Source: Deltaproteobacteria bacterium (GTDB lineage: Bacteria; JAGRBM01; JAHCIT01). From it: DNA of 64,000 bases. Positions within the stretch are counted from its first letter, which is position 1, and each line of letters opens with the position of its first letter. Location: NCBI GenBank assembly GCA_026129095.1, contig JAHCIT010000006.1, positions 190,235 to 254,234 of the forward strand, given 5' to 3'. The position numbers and the translations under genes are program-made. Below the pieces are notes generated by a model. The model was not told the origin of the DNA, did no database searches, and saw only the letters and a list, made by a program, of their open reading frames with translations. This document shows, one piece after another, positions 8,981-20,048 of this stretch.

Positions 8981-11452
8981 TTACGCCACACCTGAAAATT
9001 CGATCTTCCCTTTCCACCGTTCCAGCAGCAGAGTCCGGATCTGGCCGTTTTCGCGTTTCTGGAGCCCGGGATCGGCCTCCAGAAGCCGTGCGGCTGCCTC
9101 CCGGCAGGATTGCAGCAGGTCCAGGTCGCGGGCGAGATTCAGGACACGGAACTCCGGCAAACCAGACTGCCGGGTTCCAAGAAACTCCCCAGGACCGCGG
9201 ATTTCCAGATCTGCTTCCGCGATCCGGAAACCATCATTCGTTGAAGCAAGCACCTGAAGCCTGCGGTGGCCCTCGGCCGAGATCCCCGCACTGGGAACCA
9301 GGAAGCAGTAGCTTTGGGCTCCTCCCCGGCCGACACGTCCCCGGAGCTGATGGATTTGTGCGAGTCCAAACCGTTCGGCGTGCTCGATTACCATCACCGT
9401 AGCATTCGGTACGTCTATTCCGACTTCGATTACCGTTGTGGACACAAGAACCTGGGTACGCCCGGCACGGAAATCCCCAAGGGCCTTGTCCTTGTCGGCT
9501 GGCTTCATCCTGCCATGAAGCAGCCCCACTCTGGCACCGGGGATGTAATGGGACGTGATCTCCTTTACGCCGCGTTCGGCGTCCTTGAGATCGATCAGCT
9601 CGCTTTCCGATACCAGCGGGTAAACCACATATGCCTGACGCTCCTCTGCGAGCTGGCGGGCCACCGCGTCCCAAAGTTTCATCTCCGAGCCATCGCCGGC
9701 GATCACGGTCTGCACCTGACGCCTGCCAGGAGGCAGTTCATCCAGCGTTGAAATCTCCAGATCCCCATAAACCGTCAGGGCCAGCGTGCGCGGGATCGGA
9801 GTAGCCGTCATTACCAGCACATCCGGCATATACCCCTTGCTCAGCAGTGTTCGGCGCTGCTCGACACCGAACCGGTGCTGCTCGTCAATAATGACAAATG
9901 CGAGTTTCCCGATCGTCACCTTTTCCTGAATGAGCGCGTGAGTACCAACGGCAATCATGGGCGTCCCACGCGCCAGTTCGTGATAAACCCGCGCCGGAAC
10001 GAGGCTTTCGGTAGAGAGCTTCTGCGAACCGGTCAGCAATGCGACGGGTACATCCAGGCCCTGCACAAGCTTGGTCATCGTCTGGAAGTGCTGCTCGGCG
10101 AGTATTTCCGTCGGTGCCATGAGCGCGGCCTGATAGCCTGCCCCGACGGCAACCAGCGCGGCGGCCAGCGCAACAACGGTTTTCCCTGCACCCACATCGC
10201 CCTGCAGAAGCCGGTTCATCGGCCGAGGCTGGACAAGGTCCCTGCGGATTTCGGCAATCGCCCGCTTCTGGGCGCCAGTCAGCTCAAACGGGAGATTACT
10301 GATAAACGGCGCCAGCAGGGTGTCGTTGTCCGGAATACTGATACCTGTCACCTCTGCCGTTTGGCGGCGGCGAATGGCGAGCCCCAATGCAAGGAAAAAT
10401 GCCTCGTGCACCCGGAGCCGTTCATGTGCCTCGGACATGCGGACAAGATACTTTTCTATATCGCTGTCATCGGGTGGCTGGTGCAGACGGCGCACCGCTT
10501 CGCCAAGCGGAATCGGAGGCAATGAAATACCTTTCACTGTTTCCAACCCGTCACTCAATCCCTCAACGCCAAGCTGAAGCGCATTCGCTATGGCCGCACG
10601 AAGCTGCTTGGGGTGAAGCCCCTCGGTAAGGGGATAGACGGGGATAATTCCGCCTGGGACATGTGATGGTTCTTCGGCAAACTCGATGTCAGGGTGATGA
10701 AATTCCCGCTGGGCGCGAAACTGACGGCAATCCCCGGTTACCCGAACCTGGTCACCCGGTTTGGCCCGTGCAGCACGGACACGCTCAAACCCCTGGAACC
10801 ATTTGCAGGTGAGTTCTCCTGTGCTGTCACGGACGACCAGTTCCCGCCCGTTGCGGCCAAACCGCCCCATCCGGGTCACTTCGCCCACCACGACGGCCTG
10901 CATGCCGGGCACAAGATCCCGGATAGGTGTCACATGACGAAGATCGTCATACCTGACCGGCAAGTGAAACAGCAGATCCTCCACTGTGTGGATATCCAGG
11001 CGTTCCAGAACACCCGCCAGCTTGGGGCCAACACCCTTCACCCATTTCACTTCATCCTTGAGACCGGGGCCGCTTCCGGAGGATGCTCTCTTCGCCGCTG
11101 GAGATTTCCTGGTTGCTGGGGGGGCGGGCACATTTGCCGGCTTCGCAACAGGCCGGGCTGCCGGCCGGCTCACCTCAAACATCGCCGGGCTGCGCAGCCT
11201 TTCCACAATCGCCTGCATCCGCTCCAGACGGTTTCGCCGGGCAGCCAGCGGCTGGGTATCCAGTCCTTGAGCGAGCTTCAGGATTTCACTGAAGCTTTCC
11301 GGCGCAGCTGGCGCTTCCTCCAGTCCCCTCTGGGCCGCACCAGCCAGGGTTTGCTCAAGTCCATGAGAACGAGCCAGCGAGGCATAACCGCCCCGGGATA
11401 TCGCCCCGAGCACAGAATCCAGAATCTCCAGCGGTGAGCGGTTTTTGGTCAT
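8981..11452 (-). CDS. recG: ATP-dependent DNA helicase RecG
   Basis: RLLQGDVGAGKT, IIDEQHRFG, MTATPIPRTL, HQLRGRVGRG, DLEIRGPGEFLGTRQSG. Confidence 0.97.
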   Translation of the reverse strand: MTKNRSPLEILDSVLGAISRGGYASLARSHGLEQTLAGAAQRGLEEAPAAPESFSEILKLAQGLDTQPLAARRNRLERMQAIVERLRSPAMFEVSRPAARPVAKPANVPAPPATRKSPAAKRASSGSGPGLKDEVKWVKGVGPKLAGVLERLDIHTVEDLLFHLPVRYDDLRHVTPIRDLVPGMQAVVVGEVTRMGRFGRNGRELVVRDSTGELTCKWFQGFERVRAARAKPGDQVRVTGDCRQFRAQREFHHPDIEFAEEPSHVPGGIIPVYPLTEGLHPKQLRAAIANALQLGVEGLSDGLETVKGISLPPIPLGEAVRRLHQPPDDSDIEKYLVRMSEAHERLRVHEAFFLALGLAIRRRQTAEVTGISIPDNDTLLAPFISNLPFELTGAQKRAIAEIRRDLVQPRPMNRLLQGDVGAGKTVVALAAALVAVGAGYQAALMAPTEILAEQHFQTMTKLVQGLDVPVALLTGSQKLSTESLVPARVYHELARGTPMIAVGTHALIQEKVTIGKLAFVIIDEQHRFGVEQRRTLLSKGYMPDVLVMTATPIPRTLALTVYGDLEISTLDELPPGRRQVQTVIAGDGSEMKLWDAVARQLAEERQAYVVYPLVSESELIDLKDAERGVKEITSHYIPGARVGLLHGRMKPADKDKALGDFRAGRTQVLVSTTVIEVGIDVPNATVMVIEHAERFGLAQIHQLRGRVGRGGAQSYCFLVPSAGISAEGHRRLQVLASTNDGFRIAEADLEIRGPGEFLGTRQSGLPEFRVLNLARDLDLLQSCREAAARLLEADPGLQKRENGQIRTLLLERWKGKIEFSGVA

Positions 11453-12255
11453 GTACCGGCCTTGAGATCCAGGGCGAGCAGCTTTGCGGGGTCATCCGTG
11501 ATGATCGCCCTGACACCCAGCTTTGCCACCCGACGTGCGTCTTCCGGGCGGTTTACCGTCCAGGTCCAGACCGAAAGATCGTCCCGGGCCGCATCGCGCA
11601 TCATTTCGATGCCGATATTCTCATGGAACGGCGCCAGCAGTTTCGGCTGCACCAATGGCTCTGTCCATCGATCCCGAATCCACCGGGGGTTTCCGTGATA
11701 AAAGAGCATCCCGAGCGGCAGCGACCAGCCATGGCGACGGAGCCGCAGCAGACGGACAGGGTTGAATGACGTATAAATAACCCGGTCCCCGGCTCCCATC
11801 CGGCGGACGAGACGAAGCAACTTCGATTCCAGCCCGTCAGGTTTCCCTGCCCTGCCTTTCAGTTCGATATCGATAAGCATCTCCGGTCCGAGCGTTTCGA
11901 TCACCTCCTCCAGTATGGGTATGCGCGAGGAAGTCGGTTCGGGAAGTCCGCTCTCCGGCATGTCCGGGGGCCGTGGCCCACGAACTCTCAGTTCCCGGAG
12001 TTCACCCAGCGTCATTGTTTCCAGACGCCCTTCCCCATCGGTCAGCCTTTCCACCTTTTCATCGTGAAAAACCACGACTTCGCCGCTGGCGCAGACATGA
12101 ACATCCAGTTCCACACCGTGAGCCCCCGTCTCCCGGGCATAACGGAACGCCTCCACGGTGTTTTCGGGCCTCATATGCCGGGCTCCTCGGTGCCCCAGCA
12201 CCAGGACCGGATCACCCGTACGAGGCGGCGAAAGCAGTTCAGCCAGATGAAGCAT
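11449..12255 (-). CDS. Glycerophosphodiester phosphodiesterase
   Basis: GHRGA...PENT, VELDV, HD, DIELK, WTVN, IITDDP. Confidence 0.92.
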   Translation of the reverse strand: MLHLAELLSPPRTGDPVLVLGHRGARHMRPENTVEAFRYARETGAHGVELDVHVCASGEVVVFHDEKVERLTDGEGRLETMTLGELRELRVRGPRPPDMPESGLPEPTSSRIPILEEVIETLGPEMLIDIELKGRAGKPDGLESKLLRLVRRMGAGDRVIYTSFNPVRLLRLRRHGWSLPLGMLFYHGNPRWIRDRWTEPLVQPKLLAPFHENIGIEMMRDAARDDLSVWTWTVNRPEDARRVAKLGVRAIITDDPAKLLALDLKAGT

Positions 12256-12405
12256 AAAGCAGAGCCGTGTCCATCCCGGCGGGCAACGCCAACAAAACCT
12301 GCTCCTCCACGTTAATCCCCAATGCGGCTTGGGCGCAATCGGCTGTAACTTACTGAAGAAACAGGCGTTTTAGTCCAAGAAGCAATACGTGTTATCCAAG
12401 CCCCA

Positions 12406-12465
12406 TTGACTCCCGCCTATGATATCCTAGACTGGTAAGTCATAAAAATGACCGGATGGTCATTT
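12406..12465 (+). promoter_or_regulatory. Sigma70-type promoter with tandem TetR-type operators
   Basis: TTGACT-N16-TAGACT; palindromes GACT-GGTA-AGTC (12430-12441) and AAATGACC-GGAT-GGTCATTT (12446-12465). Confidence 0.65.
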
Positions 12466-12487
12466 CCCGCCTGCCCAGAAAGTCCCC

Positions 12488-13141
12488 ATGTCCCACCGTC
12501 CTTCCACTGCTACCTCCCGGCCGACCAAATCAGAACTGGTGAAAGAGTTCCGCGAGCGGGAAATCATCGAAGCCGCCCGCCGGGTTTTCACCCGTGAGGG
12601 GTTCCAGTCTGCATCCATGGAAAAGATCGCCGAGGAGGCGGGACTGGCGAAGGGGACAATTTATCTTTATTTCCCGAACCGGGAGCAACTCATCATAGAA
12701 ACACTCGGGGCGGGTGCCCACCGGTTTTACAGCTACTGCCGCGAGCAGTCGCCACCCACCTTCGAACCCGAACAGCGGGTCCGCGCCCTGGTCCGGGCGA
12801 TGTTCCAGCATGCTGAAGAAGAGCGGGATTTCCAGCGCGCCCTGTTTATCGAACTGAACGAATGGCTATTCACTCCCGCCCGGCAGCATCTTGTACAGGG
12901 ACTCATCACCGCACACGAGGAGTTCATGTCCTATATCGCATCCATCCTGGAGGAAGGTGCCCGGTGCCGGAAGTTCCGCAAGGCCGACCACCGGCAGCAT
13001 GCCGGTTATCTGTTCAGTCTGCTCGGCGGGCTGTTCCGGGAACGGCTTATGGGCCTCAATTCGAGCCCGGTCGAGGAGATATCGGCCGGCGTCGCTGACT
13101 TTTTTCTGGCTGCCATCGGCACCAAGGACCGTAAACCATGA
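12488..13141 (+). CDS. TetR/AcrR family regulator
   Basis: IIEAARRVF...GF...SMEKIAEEAGLAKGTIYLYF. Confidence 0.95.
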   Translation: MSHRPSTATSRPTKSELVKEFREREIIEAARRVFTREGFQSASMEKIAEEAGLAKGTIYLYFPNREQLIIETLGAGAHRFYSYCREQSPPTFEPEQRVRALVRAMFQHAEEERDFQRALFIELNEWLFTPARQHLVQGLITAHEEFMSYIASILEEGARCRKFRKADHRQHAGYLFSLLGGLFRERLMGLNSSPVEEISAGVADFFLAAIGTKDRKP

Positions 13142-14775
13142 AGCTACCGATTTCCTTCGTCACCGCCATCACCTTAAGCCTTGCGCTTGGCCTAGTGCCG
13201 CCAGTTTCGGCTGTCCATGCAAGCGAACCGGAACCGTTGCCCGAGCTTCTCAGTACAGGGACTGCCCGGCCGGTGACCTTGAGGGAAGCGGTCCAGATGG
13301 CACTGGAAAAGGCCGAAGAGATCGAACTCGTGCGGATAGACTATCGCAAGGCTATCCACGCAGTTCAGTCACAGATGGGCGTGTTCGACCCCACCCTTTC
13401 GGCCGCATATACCTACACCAACACCGACTCGATCTCGCCGAACCTCTTTAACCTCAGCAGTCCGATCGTGAAGAACAAATCGCACCAGCTTACCTTTGGT
13501 CTGGGCGGGCTCATCCCCACCGGTGCAACTTATGACCTGTCTATTGTCAATGAGCGGACCCGGAACGCCAGTCCCTTTACAACCCTGGTTCCGCAGAACT
13601 CGGTCAGGCTGGCCGGCACCCTCAGGCAGCCGCTCCTCAAGAATCGTGGACTCAGCGTCACCCTGACCCAGCTCCGGATTGCCCGTGGGCTTGAAGAAGG
13701 GCAGAAGTCGGTCCTGCTTCAGCGGATACAGGGCACCGCCTATAACGTGATCCGTTCCTACTGGGATCTGGTGTTCAGGCAGAAGGATCTGGAGGCCAAG
13801 CTCGACTCGCTCAAGGCGGCAGAGGATCTGGTGCGGGTAGCGGAGAACCGGGTTCGCGTGAGAGTCGATCCGCCGATCTACCTGACCCAGGCAAGAGCAG
13901 GGGCGGAAATCCGGCGCGAACAGGTGATCCTTGCCCGGGAACAGCTCGAACTGGCCCGCGACAGCCTGCGTCAGCAGGTGATGCTGGTTGAATCCGCCCG
14001 GGAGCTGGCCGAGCCCGAAAAATTCGAGCCTGCCGATTCCCCGGCATATGTACCGTTCGATCCGCCCTATGAGGAGTCGGTTCGCAAGGCGATGGACCAG
14101 CGGCCGGAGTTCGTCATATCCAGGGTCACACGCGACAACGCGAAGTCCCAGGCCGTTGCGGCCGCCAACGGCCGCTGGCCGGAACTGAATGCGACCGTTA
14201 CCGGCGGGCTCGCCGGCCTTTCAGGAACAGCCCGGCCCGCACGGCCCAGCGATAGCCCCCAGACAGGAACCGCTCTACAGCAGCTGCAAAACCAATGGGG
14301 CGGCGGAATGGGTTCCGCATGGGAAAGCGCCCTGGGTGCCGACGGGCCTTTCTTCGCCCTAGGGGCGGAGTTCCGGATGCCTGTCCCGAACCAGAGAGCG
14401 AGAGCAGCCAATGCCCAGGCGCAGCTGGATCTCGACAACGCCGAGATCGGACTTCGCAAAACCGAGGAAACCGTGCTGATGGATGTCCGCCGCACAATCC
14501 GGTCGCTCCAGGCAAGCGCGCAGCGAATCCGCTCAACCGAACTGAACGTCAACCTGGCACAGGAAAACGTGACCGCCGAACGGCGGCGTTACGAAGTCGG
14601 GATTTCGACCAGCTGGGACGTGCTGGAACGGGAAAAGGAACTTACCGAAGCCAGGGCCGGCTACTACCGGGCGCTTGCCGACTACAACACGGCTCGGGCC
14701 GCCTATGAACTGGCGGTGGGAACGATTCTTGAGTTCGTCGGCATAGACGTTGATGTGGCAGGAGAGCGTACATGA
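13138..14775 (+). CDS. TolC-family outer membrane efflux protein
   Basis: Signal peptide, TLREAVQMAL, LRQPLL, WPELN, RRYEVGIST repeat architecture. Confidence 0.88.
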   Translation: MKLPISFVTAITLSLALGLVPPVSAVHASEPEPLPELLSTGTARPVTLREAVQMALEKAEEIELVRIDYRKAIHAVQSQMGVFDPTLSAAYTYTNTDSISPNLFNLSSPIVKNKSHQLTFGLGGLIPTGATYDLSIVNERTRNASPFTTLVPQNSVRLAGTLRQPLLKNRGLSVTLTQLRIARGLEEGQKSVLLQRIQGTAYNVIRSYWDLVFRQKDLEAKLDSLKAAEDLVRVAENRVRVRVDPPIYLTQARAGAEIRREQVILAREQLELARDSLRQQVMLVESARELAEPEKFEPADSPAYVPFDPPYEESVRKAMDQRPEFVISRVTRDNAKSQAVAAANGRWPELNATVTGGLAGLSGTARPARPSDSPQTGTALQQLQNQWGGGMGSAWESALGADGPFFALGAEFRMPVPNQRARAANAQAQLDLDNAEIGLRKTEETVLMDVRRTIRSLQASAQRIRSTELNVNLAQENVTAERRRYEVGISTSWDVLEREKELTEARAGYYRALADYNTARAAYELAVGTILEFVGIDVDVAGERT

Positions 14776-15923
14776 CCATCACCCAGAAGCGATGGGCAAT
14801 TGTCGGCGGTGTCGTGGCCATTCTGGCTGTTCTGGGCGTATTCGGCGCCCGGAAAAAACCGCTTGAGGTAAAAACAGTCCGTGTTTCCCGCGGGCTGGTG
14901 GAACGGACCGTCAGCTCCACCTCCAGCGGCAGCGTGAAAGCCCGTCTCGCCGCTGATCTCAAGAGCGAAATAGTCGCCAAGGTGCTCCGTCATGAAGTGA
15001 ACGAGGGCGACAAGGCTAAGAAAGACGATCCTCTGGTCACACTGGATACGGCTACTTTCGCGGCCAGCCTGACACTCAATGAAGCCTCCCGGCGGGCGCA
15101 GCAGGCCCGGGTGGAACAGGCCCGGGCCCGCCTGGAGAATGCCCGGCAGGACCATGACCGGATTCAGAACCTGTACAAGGAGCAGATCGTGGCAGAAGAC
15201 CGCCTGCAGGCGGCAAAAACCGCCCTGGATGTGGCCGAACAGGAATTGTCGGCAGCCCGGTCACTGGTTGAGCAATTGTCGGCCCAGATAGAAATGGACC
15301 GTGTCAACCTGTCGAGAGGCGTTATCCGTGCTCCGTTCGACGGGGTCATCGTCAGCCTGGACATGGACCCGGGAGAAACTGCCATTGTCGGCACACGGCT
15401 CGTACGGATCGTCAACAATGAGGACGTATATGTCGAGGCACCGATCGACGAATCCGACCTGGGGCTGCTCAAGCTGGGGCAGGACGTAAGGGTAACCTTC
15501 GACGCCTTCCCGAAGGAGACTTTCACCGGAAAACTCTCCTTTATTTCACCGTCGGTGACCATCGATTCGACTGCTGTCCGGACGGTGGCGGTCCGGGTAA
15601 TTCTGGATAGTGTCACTGGCCGTATGCGAGATGGCATGTCGGCCGATGTGGAAATCATTGTCGAAAAGCTCGAGGCCGTTCCGTTCGTACCGACTCAGGC
15701 CGTCATTGCCACTGCCGACGAGACCTACGTTTATGTCGTCGAAAACAAGCGTGTGGCCAAGAGGGTGATCCAGCCCGGTATCTCCAACTGGGACCGGACG
15801 GAAGTCCGCTCGGGACTTGGCGACAGCGATCACGTCATCATGGCCATCGACCGCCGCGAAATCAGCGAAGGCAACCGGGTCAAGGAGGAACTTTCGGGTG
15901 ATCCGGGGCACGCAGCTCGTTAA
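14772..15923 (+). CDS. Efflux periplasmic adaptor (MacA-like MFP)
   Basis: N-terminal [15 protein letters not shown], coiled coil, [16 protein letters not shown]. Confidence 0.9.
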   Translation: MTITQKRWAIVGGVVAILAVLGVFGARKKPLEVKTVRVSRGLVERTVSSTSSGSVKARLAADLKSEIVAKVLRHEVNEGDKAKKDDPLVTLDTATFAASLTLNEASRRAQQARVEQARARLENARQDHDRIQNLYKEQIVAEDRLQAAKTALDVAEQELSAARSLVEQLSAQIEMDRVNLSRGVIRAPFDGVIVSLDMDPGETAIVGTRLVRIVNNEDVYVEAPIDESDLGLLKLGQDVRVTFDAFPKETFTGKLSFISPSVTIDSTAVRTVAVRVILDSVTGRMRDGMSADVEIIVEKLEAVPFVPTQAVIATADETYVYVVENKRVAKRVIQPGISNWDRTEVRSGLGDSDHVIMAIDRREISEGNRVKEELSGDPGHAAR

Positions 15924-16599
15924 ACGCTACCAGATGGGCGAAGAATTCCTCGACGCCCTGAAGGGTGTCGATATCTCAGTCGATGCAGGCGAGTACATCG
16001 CCATCATAGGTCCATCCGGATCGGGAAAATCGACACTGATGAACATTATCGGCTGCCTCGATTCACCGACGTCAGGAACGCTCTGGCTGGACGGACAGGA
16101 AGTGTCCGGAATGAGTGACACCGAACTCGCCCAGCTCCGGAACCAGAAGATCGGGTTCGTTTTCCAGTCGTTCAACCTGCTCCCGCGGTTTTCGGCCCTC
16201 AAAAATGTGGAACTCCCGCTCATCTATTCGGGGATTTCACCTGAAGAGCGCCTCCGGATGGCTGAAGAAGCACTCACCAAGGTCGGCCTCAAAGACCGGA
16301 TGCTCCACAAGCCGAATGAACTGTCGGGTGGCCAGCGCCAGCGGGTCGCCATCGCACGGGCTATCGTGAACCGGCCGGCCATCCTGTTCGCCGACGAGCC
16401 CACAGGCGCACTCGACACCAAAACCGGCGAGGAAATTGTTGCCCTCTTCGAGTCCCTGAACGAAAAGCTGGGAACGACCCTGATCGTCGTTACCCATGAG
16501 CCCAACGTCGCCGAAAAGGCACGCAGGATCATCAAGATCATGGACGGCAAGATTCTTTCCGATGAGCGTCTGCGGCCCGAGCCTGTCCGGGCGGCCTGA
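15898..16599 (+). CDS. ABC transporter ATP-binding protein (MacB/LolD-like)
   Basis: [38 protein letters not shown] before GTG15898. Confidence 0.93.
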   Translation: MIRGTQLVKRYQMGEEFLDALKGVDISVDAGEYIAIIGPSGSGKSTLMNIIGCLDSPTSGTLWLDGQEVSGMSDTELAQLRNQKIGFVFQSFNLLPRFSALKNVELPLIYSGISPEERLRMAEEALTKVGLKDRMLHKPNELSGGQRQRVAIARAIVNRPAILFADEPTGALDTKTGEEIVALFESLNEKLGTTLIVVTHEPNVAEKARRIIKIMDGKILSDERLRPEPVRAA

Positions 16600-16677
16600 G
16601 CCCAAAGTGGCCTTCTGTCCCCGTTTCATCTAAAAAACGCGCTCCTTCCAGACTCCCCACCGAAAGGGCCTTTTGCG

Positions 16678-17049
16678 ATGTACCTCGACGACATGACCCG
16701 TGAGCAGTTCAAAGAGCTTCTGCGTGAGGCTTTTCTCGAATCGAGCGAAACCCGGCCAATCCGCATGGCCCGTAAATGGGACGGTGGAACAATCGTGATC
16801 AAGCCGGCCAATGACGCGCAGCAGCCCAAAGAAATTCCGGTTGACGTGTTTTTCCACAAGGTCGTGATGGTCCGCGACCGGCTGAGGGTGATGGAACAGA
16901 AAATCAACGCACATTCCGGACTCTCGGATTCGGAAAAAGTCGAGTTGCAGCAGTATCTGACCCGCATCTATGGTTCCCTGACGACGTTCAACGTCCTGTT
17001 CGCCGACGAGGCGGACCGTTTCAAGGGTGAGGCTGGCAAGGGCGAATAA
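16678..17049 (+). CDS. Hypothetical protein
   Basis: Compact 123-aa ORF filling the gap between co-oriented genes; protein-like composition (FFHKVVMVRDRLRVMEQKINAH). Confidence 0.7.
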   Translation: MYLDDMTREQFKELLREAFLESSETRPIRMARKWDGGTIVIKPANDAQQPKEIPVDVFFHKVVMVRDRLRVMEQKINAHSGLSDSEKVELQQYLTRIYGSLTTFNVLFADEADRFKGEAGKGE

Positions 17050-17104
17050 GCCCATAGAGACGCACGTTCCGGTGTCGCTACCACTACAGTTTAAGGAAAA
17101 CCCC

Positions 17105-17893
17105 GTGCCGGCGGTCCGGATATGGCTGCTTGGCTCCGGTTCATCCGGAAATGCCTGTTATGTGGAATCAGCAGGCTTCGGCATTCTGATTGACTGCGGA
17201 CTTCCGCCGATGACGCTGCGAAAACGGCTCCGCTCCATCGGCCGTGACTGGGATTCAGTACAGCACATCATTCTGACCCATGAACACGCCGACCATGCAG
17301 GGGGCATCACCAAACTATCCGAAAAGCACCCCGCCCTCTCCGTTTATGCCACCAAGGAAACCGGACGGGCCGTTCACCGGGAAACGGGATTTGAACGGCT
17401 GCGCCCCCTTGTCCCGCTGGACCCGTTTGACCTGGGACCATTCCGCGTCACCGGGCTCCCCGTTCCGCACGATGCCGCGGGCCCCGTGGCCTTCCGGATC
17501 GAGGCGGGTGCGGCCCGCTTCGGATACCTGACGGACCTTGGTTCAATCACGGATACCCTGGCCGAGCGGCTTTTCGACGTTCAGACGCTGATCTGCGAGG
17601 CCAATCACGATCTGGACCGGCTGGAAGCCGGACCATACCCCTCGTTCCTGAAAAAACGCGTCAGTTCCGACATGGGGCACCTGAACAATGACCAGTGCGC
17701 CGCCTTCGTGGGCCGGATTGCCGAGCAGGGACACCTTGAACGCGTGGTGCTGGCCCACCTCTCGGAAGTCAACAATACGCCGGAACTGGCCTACGGAGCC
17801 GTCCGGGCGGAACTTGACGCCTGTGGGGCAGAAACGGTTAGCGTCGCCTGCGCCCGGCGCCGGGAGATCAGCGACGTGATCGATCTGCTGTAG
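17105..17893 (+). CDS. MBL-fold metallo-hydrolase (YycJ/WalJ-like)
   Basis: GSGSSGN, IDCG, THEHADH, HDA, TDLG, EANHD, GHL, LAHLS. Confidence 0.9.
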   Translation: MPAVRIWLLGSGSSGNACYVESAGFGILIDCGLPPMTLRKRLRSIGRDWDSVQHIILTHEHADHAGGITKLSEKHPALSVYATKETGRAVHRETGFERLRPLVPLDPFDLGPFRVTGLPVPHDAAGPVAFRIEAGAARFGYLTDLGSITDTLAERLFDVQTLICEANHDLDRLEAGPYPSFLKKRVSSDMGHLNNDQCAAFVGRIAEQGHLERVVLAHLSEVNNTPELAYGAVRAELDACGAETVSVACARRREISDVIDLL

Positions 17894-17912
17894 CCGGCCA
17901 GAAAGAGCCATC

Positions 17913-19223
17913 GTGATCCCCCGCTACGCCCGCAAGGAGATGACCCGTATCTGGTCCGACGAGACCCGTTACGACTACTGGCTCAAGGTCGAAATCCTGG
18001 CGACGGAGGCCCAGTCGAAGCTGGGACTGGTGCCCCCCGAAGCAGTCGAAGCAATCCGCCGGAAGGCCCGTTACGACATCGCCCGCATTCAGGAAATCGA
18101 GGCCCAGACCAAGCACGACGTCATTGCATTTGTCAGTGCCGTGGCCGAGAACATAGGCCCGGAAGGCCGCTACCTCCACCTGGGAATGACCAGCTCGGAC
18201 GTGCTTGATACCGCCCTCGCCTGCCAGATCCGCGATGCAGGGATACTGCTTCTGCAGGATATCGAGGATCTCATGGAGGCGATCAAGCGCCGGGCCTATG
18301 AGCACAAGGATACGGTGATGATCGGCCGGTCCCACGGTATCCATGCCGAACCGACAACCTTCGGCCTCATGCTCGCAACCTTTTACGAGGAATTCCGGCG
18401 GCACCGGCAGCGGCTCTATTGGGCGCTCCAACGTGTGGCAGTGGGCAAGATGTCCGGAGCCGTGGGGACATTCGCCAACATTGATCCCTCCGTGGAGTGG
18501 CATGTTTGCAAGAGCCTTGGCCTCGCCCCCGATCCGGTTTCCACGCAGATCGTGAACCGGGACCGGCACGCGGAGTTTTTCACGGTAATGGCGCTGATCG
18601 CCTCGAGCATCGAACGGCTGGCAACCGAAATCCGTCATCTCCAGCGGACAGAAGTTTACGAGGCCGAGGAATATTTCAGCCCTGGCCAGAAGGGCTCCAG
18701 CGCCATGCCGCACAAGCGCAACCCGGTTCTGACCGAGAACCTGACCGGCCTTGCGCGTCTCGTCCGGTCGATGGCTTTCCCGGCTCTTGAGAATGTCGCG
18801 CTCTGGCACGAACGGGACATCTCCCATTCATCCGTGGAACGGAATATCGGCCCCGATGCCACGGTCACACTCGACTTCGCCCTGGCCCGGCTTACCAGCG
18901 TCATTGAGAAACTGCTTGTGTACCCCGAGAACATGAGGAAGAACCTGGAACGTCTCGGCGGGTTGCATAATTCCCAGCGGGTACTGCTGAAGCTGGTCGA
19001 GTCCGGCTTCAGCCGGGAGAAGGCCTACGAGATCGTCCAGCGGGCCGCCATGAAGATATGGACCGGCGGGGCGAAGGACTTCCGGACTGAACTCCTCAAC
19101 GAGCCCGCCATCAGGGAAACACTGGGGGAAAAGGGCATAGACGGCTGTCTCGACATAGCCTATCACCTCAAGCACGTAGGCACCATTTTCCGGCGCGTCT
19201 TTGAGCGCGACCGTCTCCAGTAA
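17913..19223 (+). CDS. purB: Adenylosuccinate lyase
   Basis: TKHDV, HLGMTSSD, GRSHG, SSAMPHKRNP, HERDISHS. Confidence 0.97.
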   Translation: MIPRYARKEMTRIWSDETRYDYWLKVEILATEAQSKLGLVPPEAVEAIRRKARYDIARIQEIEAQTKHDVIAFVSAVAENIGPEGRYLHLGMTSSDVLDTALACQIRDAGILLLQDIEDLMEAIKRRAYEHKDTVMIGRSHGIHAEPTTFGLMLATFYEEFRRHRQRLYWALQRVAVGKMSGAVGTFANIDPSVEWHVCKSLGLAPDPVSTQIVNRDRHAEFFTVMALIASSIERLATEIRHLQRTEVYEAEEYFSPGQKGSSAMPHKRNPVLTENLTGLARLVRSMAFPALENVALWHERDISHSSVERNIGPDATVTLDFALARLTSVIEKLLVYPENMRKNLERLGGLHNSQRVLLKLVESGFSREKAYEIVQRAAMKIWTGGAKDFRTELLNEPAIRETLGEKGIDGCLDIAYHLKHVGTIFRRVFERDRLQ

Positions 19224-19253
19224 CCGGAACAGCGGAAAGGTATCCTGCAATCC

Positions 19254-20048
19254 ATGAGCAACGGCGGCATTCTTCCCGGCGCGGCGGCAGAGCTCCCCAA
19301 AGGTCTCCGGCGCGGCGCCAAATTCTATGAGGGCAAGGCGAAAATCCTGTTCCGGACCAATGACCGGAAGTTCGTCATCCAGTATTTCAAGGATGATGCC
19401 ACCGCCTTCAATGCCCAGAAGCGCGGAACCATTGTGAACAAGGGCGTAATGAACAATGAAATCTCGTCGCTCATCTTTGCCTGGCTGGCGAAAAATGGCG
19501 TGCAGTCCCATTTCACCGGCCGCCTGTCGGAACGGGAAATGCTGGTGAAATCCCTCGACATCGTTCCGGTCGAGGTCGTCATGCGTAATATCGTGGCCGG
19601 CTCCCTTTCCAAGCGCATGGGGATTCCGGAAGGCCAGCCCCTGAAACGGCCTATTCTTGAGTACTATTACAAGAAGGACGAACTGGGTGATCCACCCATC
19701 AACCGCGACCATGCGCTGGTATTCGGGCTTGCCACAGCGAAAGAACTGGACCAGATCGACCGGACAGCACACAAGGTGAACCTGCTTCTTCTCAGGCTGT
19801 TCCGGTCCATCGGGATCAAACTTGTCGACTTCAAGCTGGAGTTTGGACGGCACGGCGGAAAAATCCTGCTCGGCGATGAAATCACGCCGGACGGATGCCG
19901 TCTCTGGGATACAAAAACCAACGAAAAGATGGACAAGGACCGGTTTCGCCGTGACCTTGGAAAGATCGAGGAATCCTATGAGGAAGTCCTCCGGCGGGTC
20001 CGCGAAAAAATCGGCCCCAGGCCAGTCCGGAAGGGAAGGAAGCAGTGA
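19254..20048 (+). CDS. purC: SAICAR synthetase
   Basis: YEGKAK, FKDDATAFN, VDFKLEFG, DEITPDGCRLWD. Confidence 0.97.
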   Translation: MSNGGILPGAAAELPKGLRRGAKFYEGKAKILFRTNDRKFVIQYFKDDATAFNAQKRGTIVNKGVMNNEISSLIFAWLAKNGVQSHFTGRLSEREMLVKSLDIVPVEVVMRNIVAGSLSKRMGIPEGQPLKRPILEYYYKKDELGDPPINRDHALVFGLATAKELDQIDRTAHKVNLLLLRLFRSIGIKLVDFKLEFGRHGGKILLGDEITPDGCRLWDTKTNEKMDKDRFRRDLGKIEESYEEVLRRVREKIGPRPVRKGRKQ

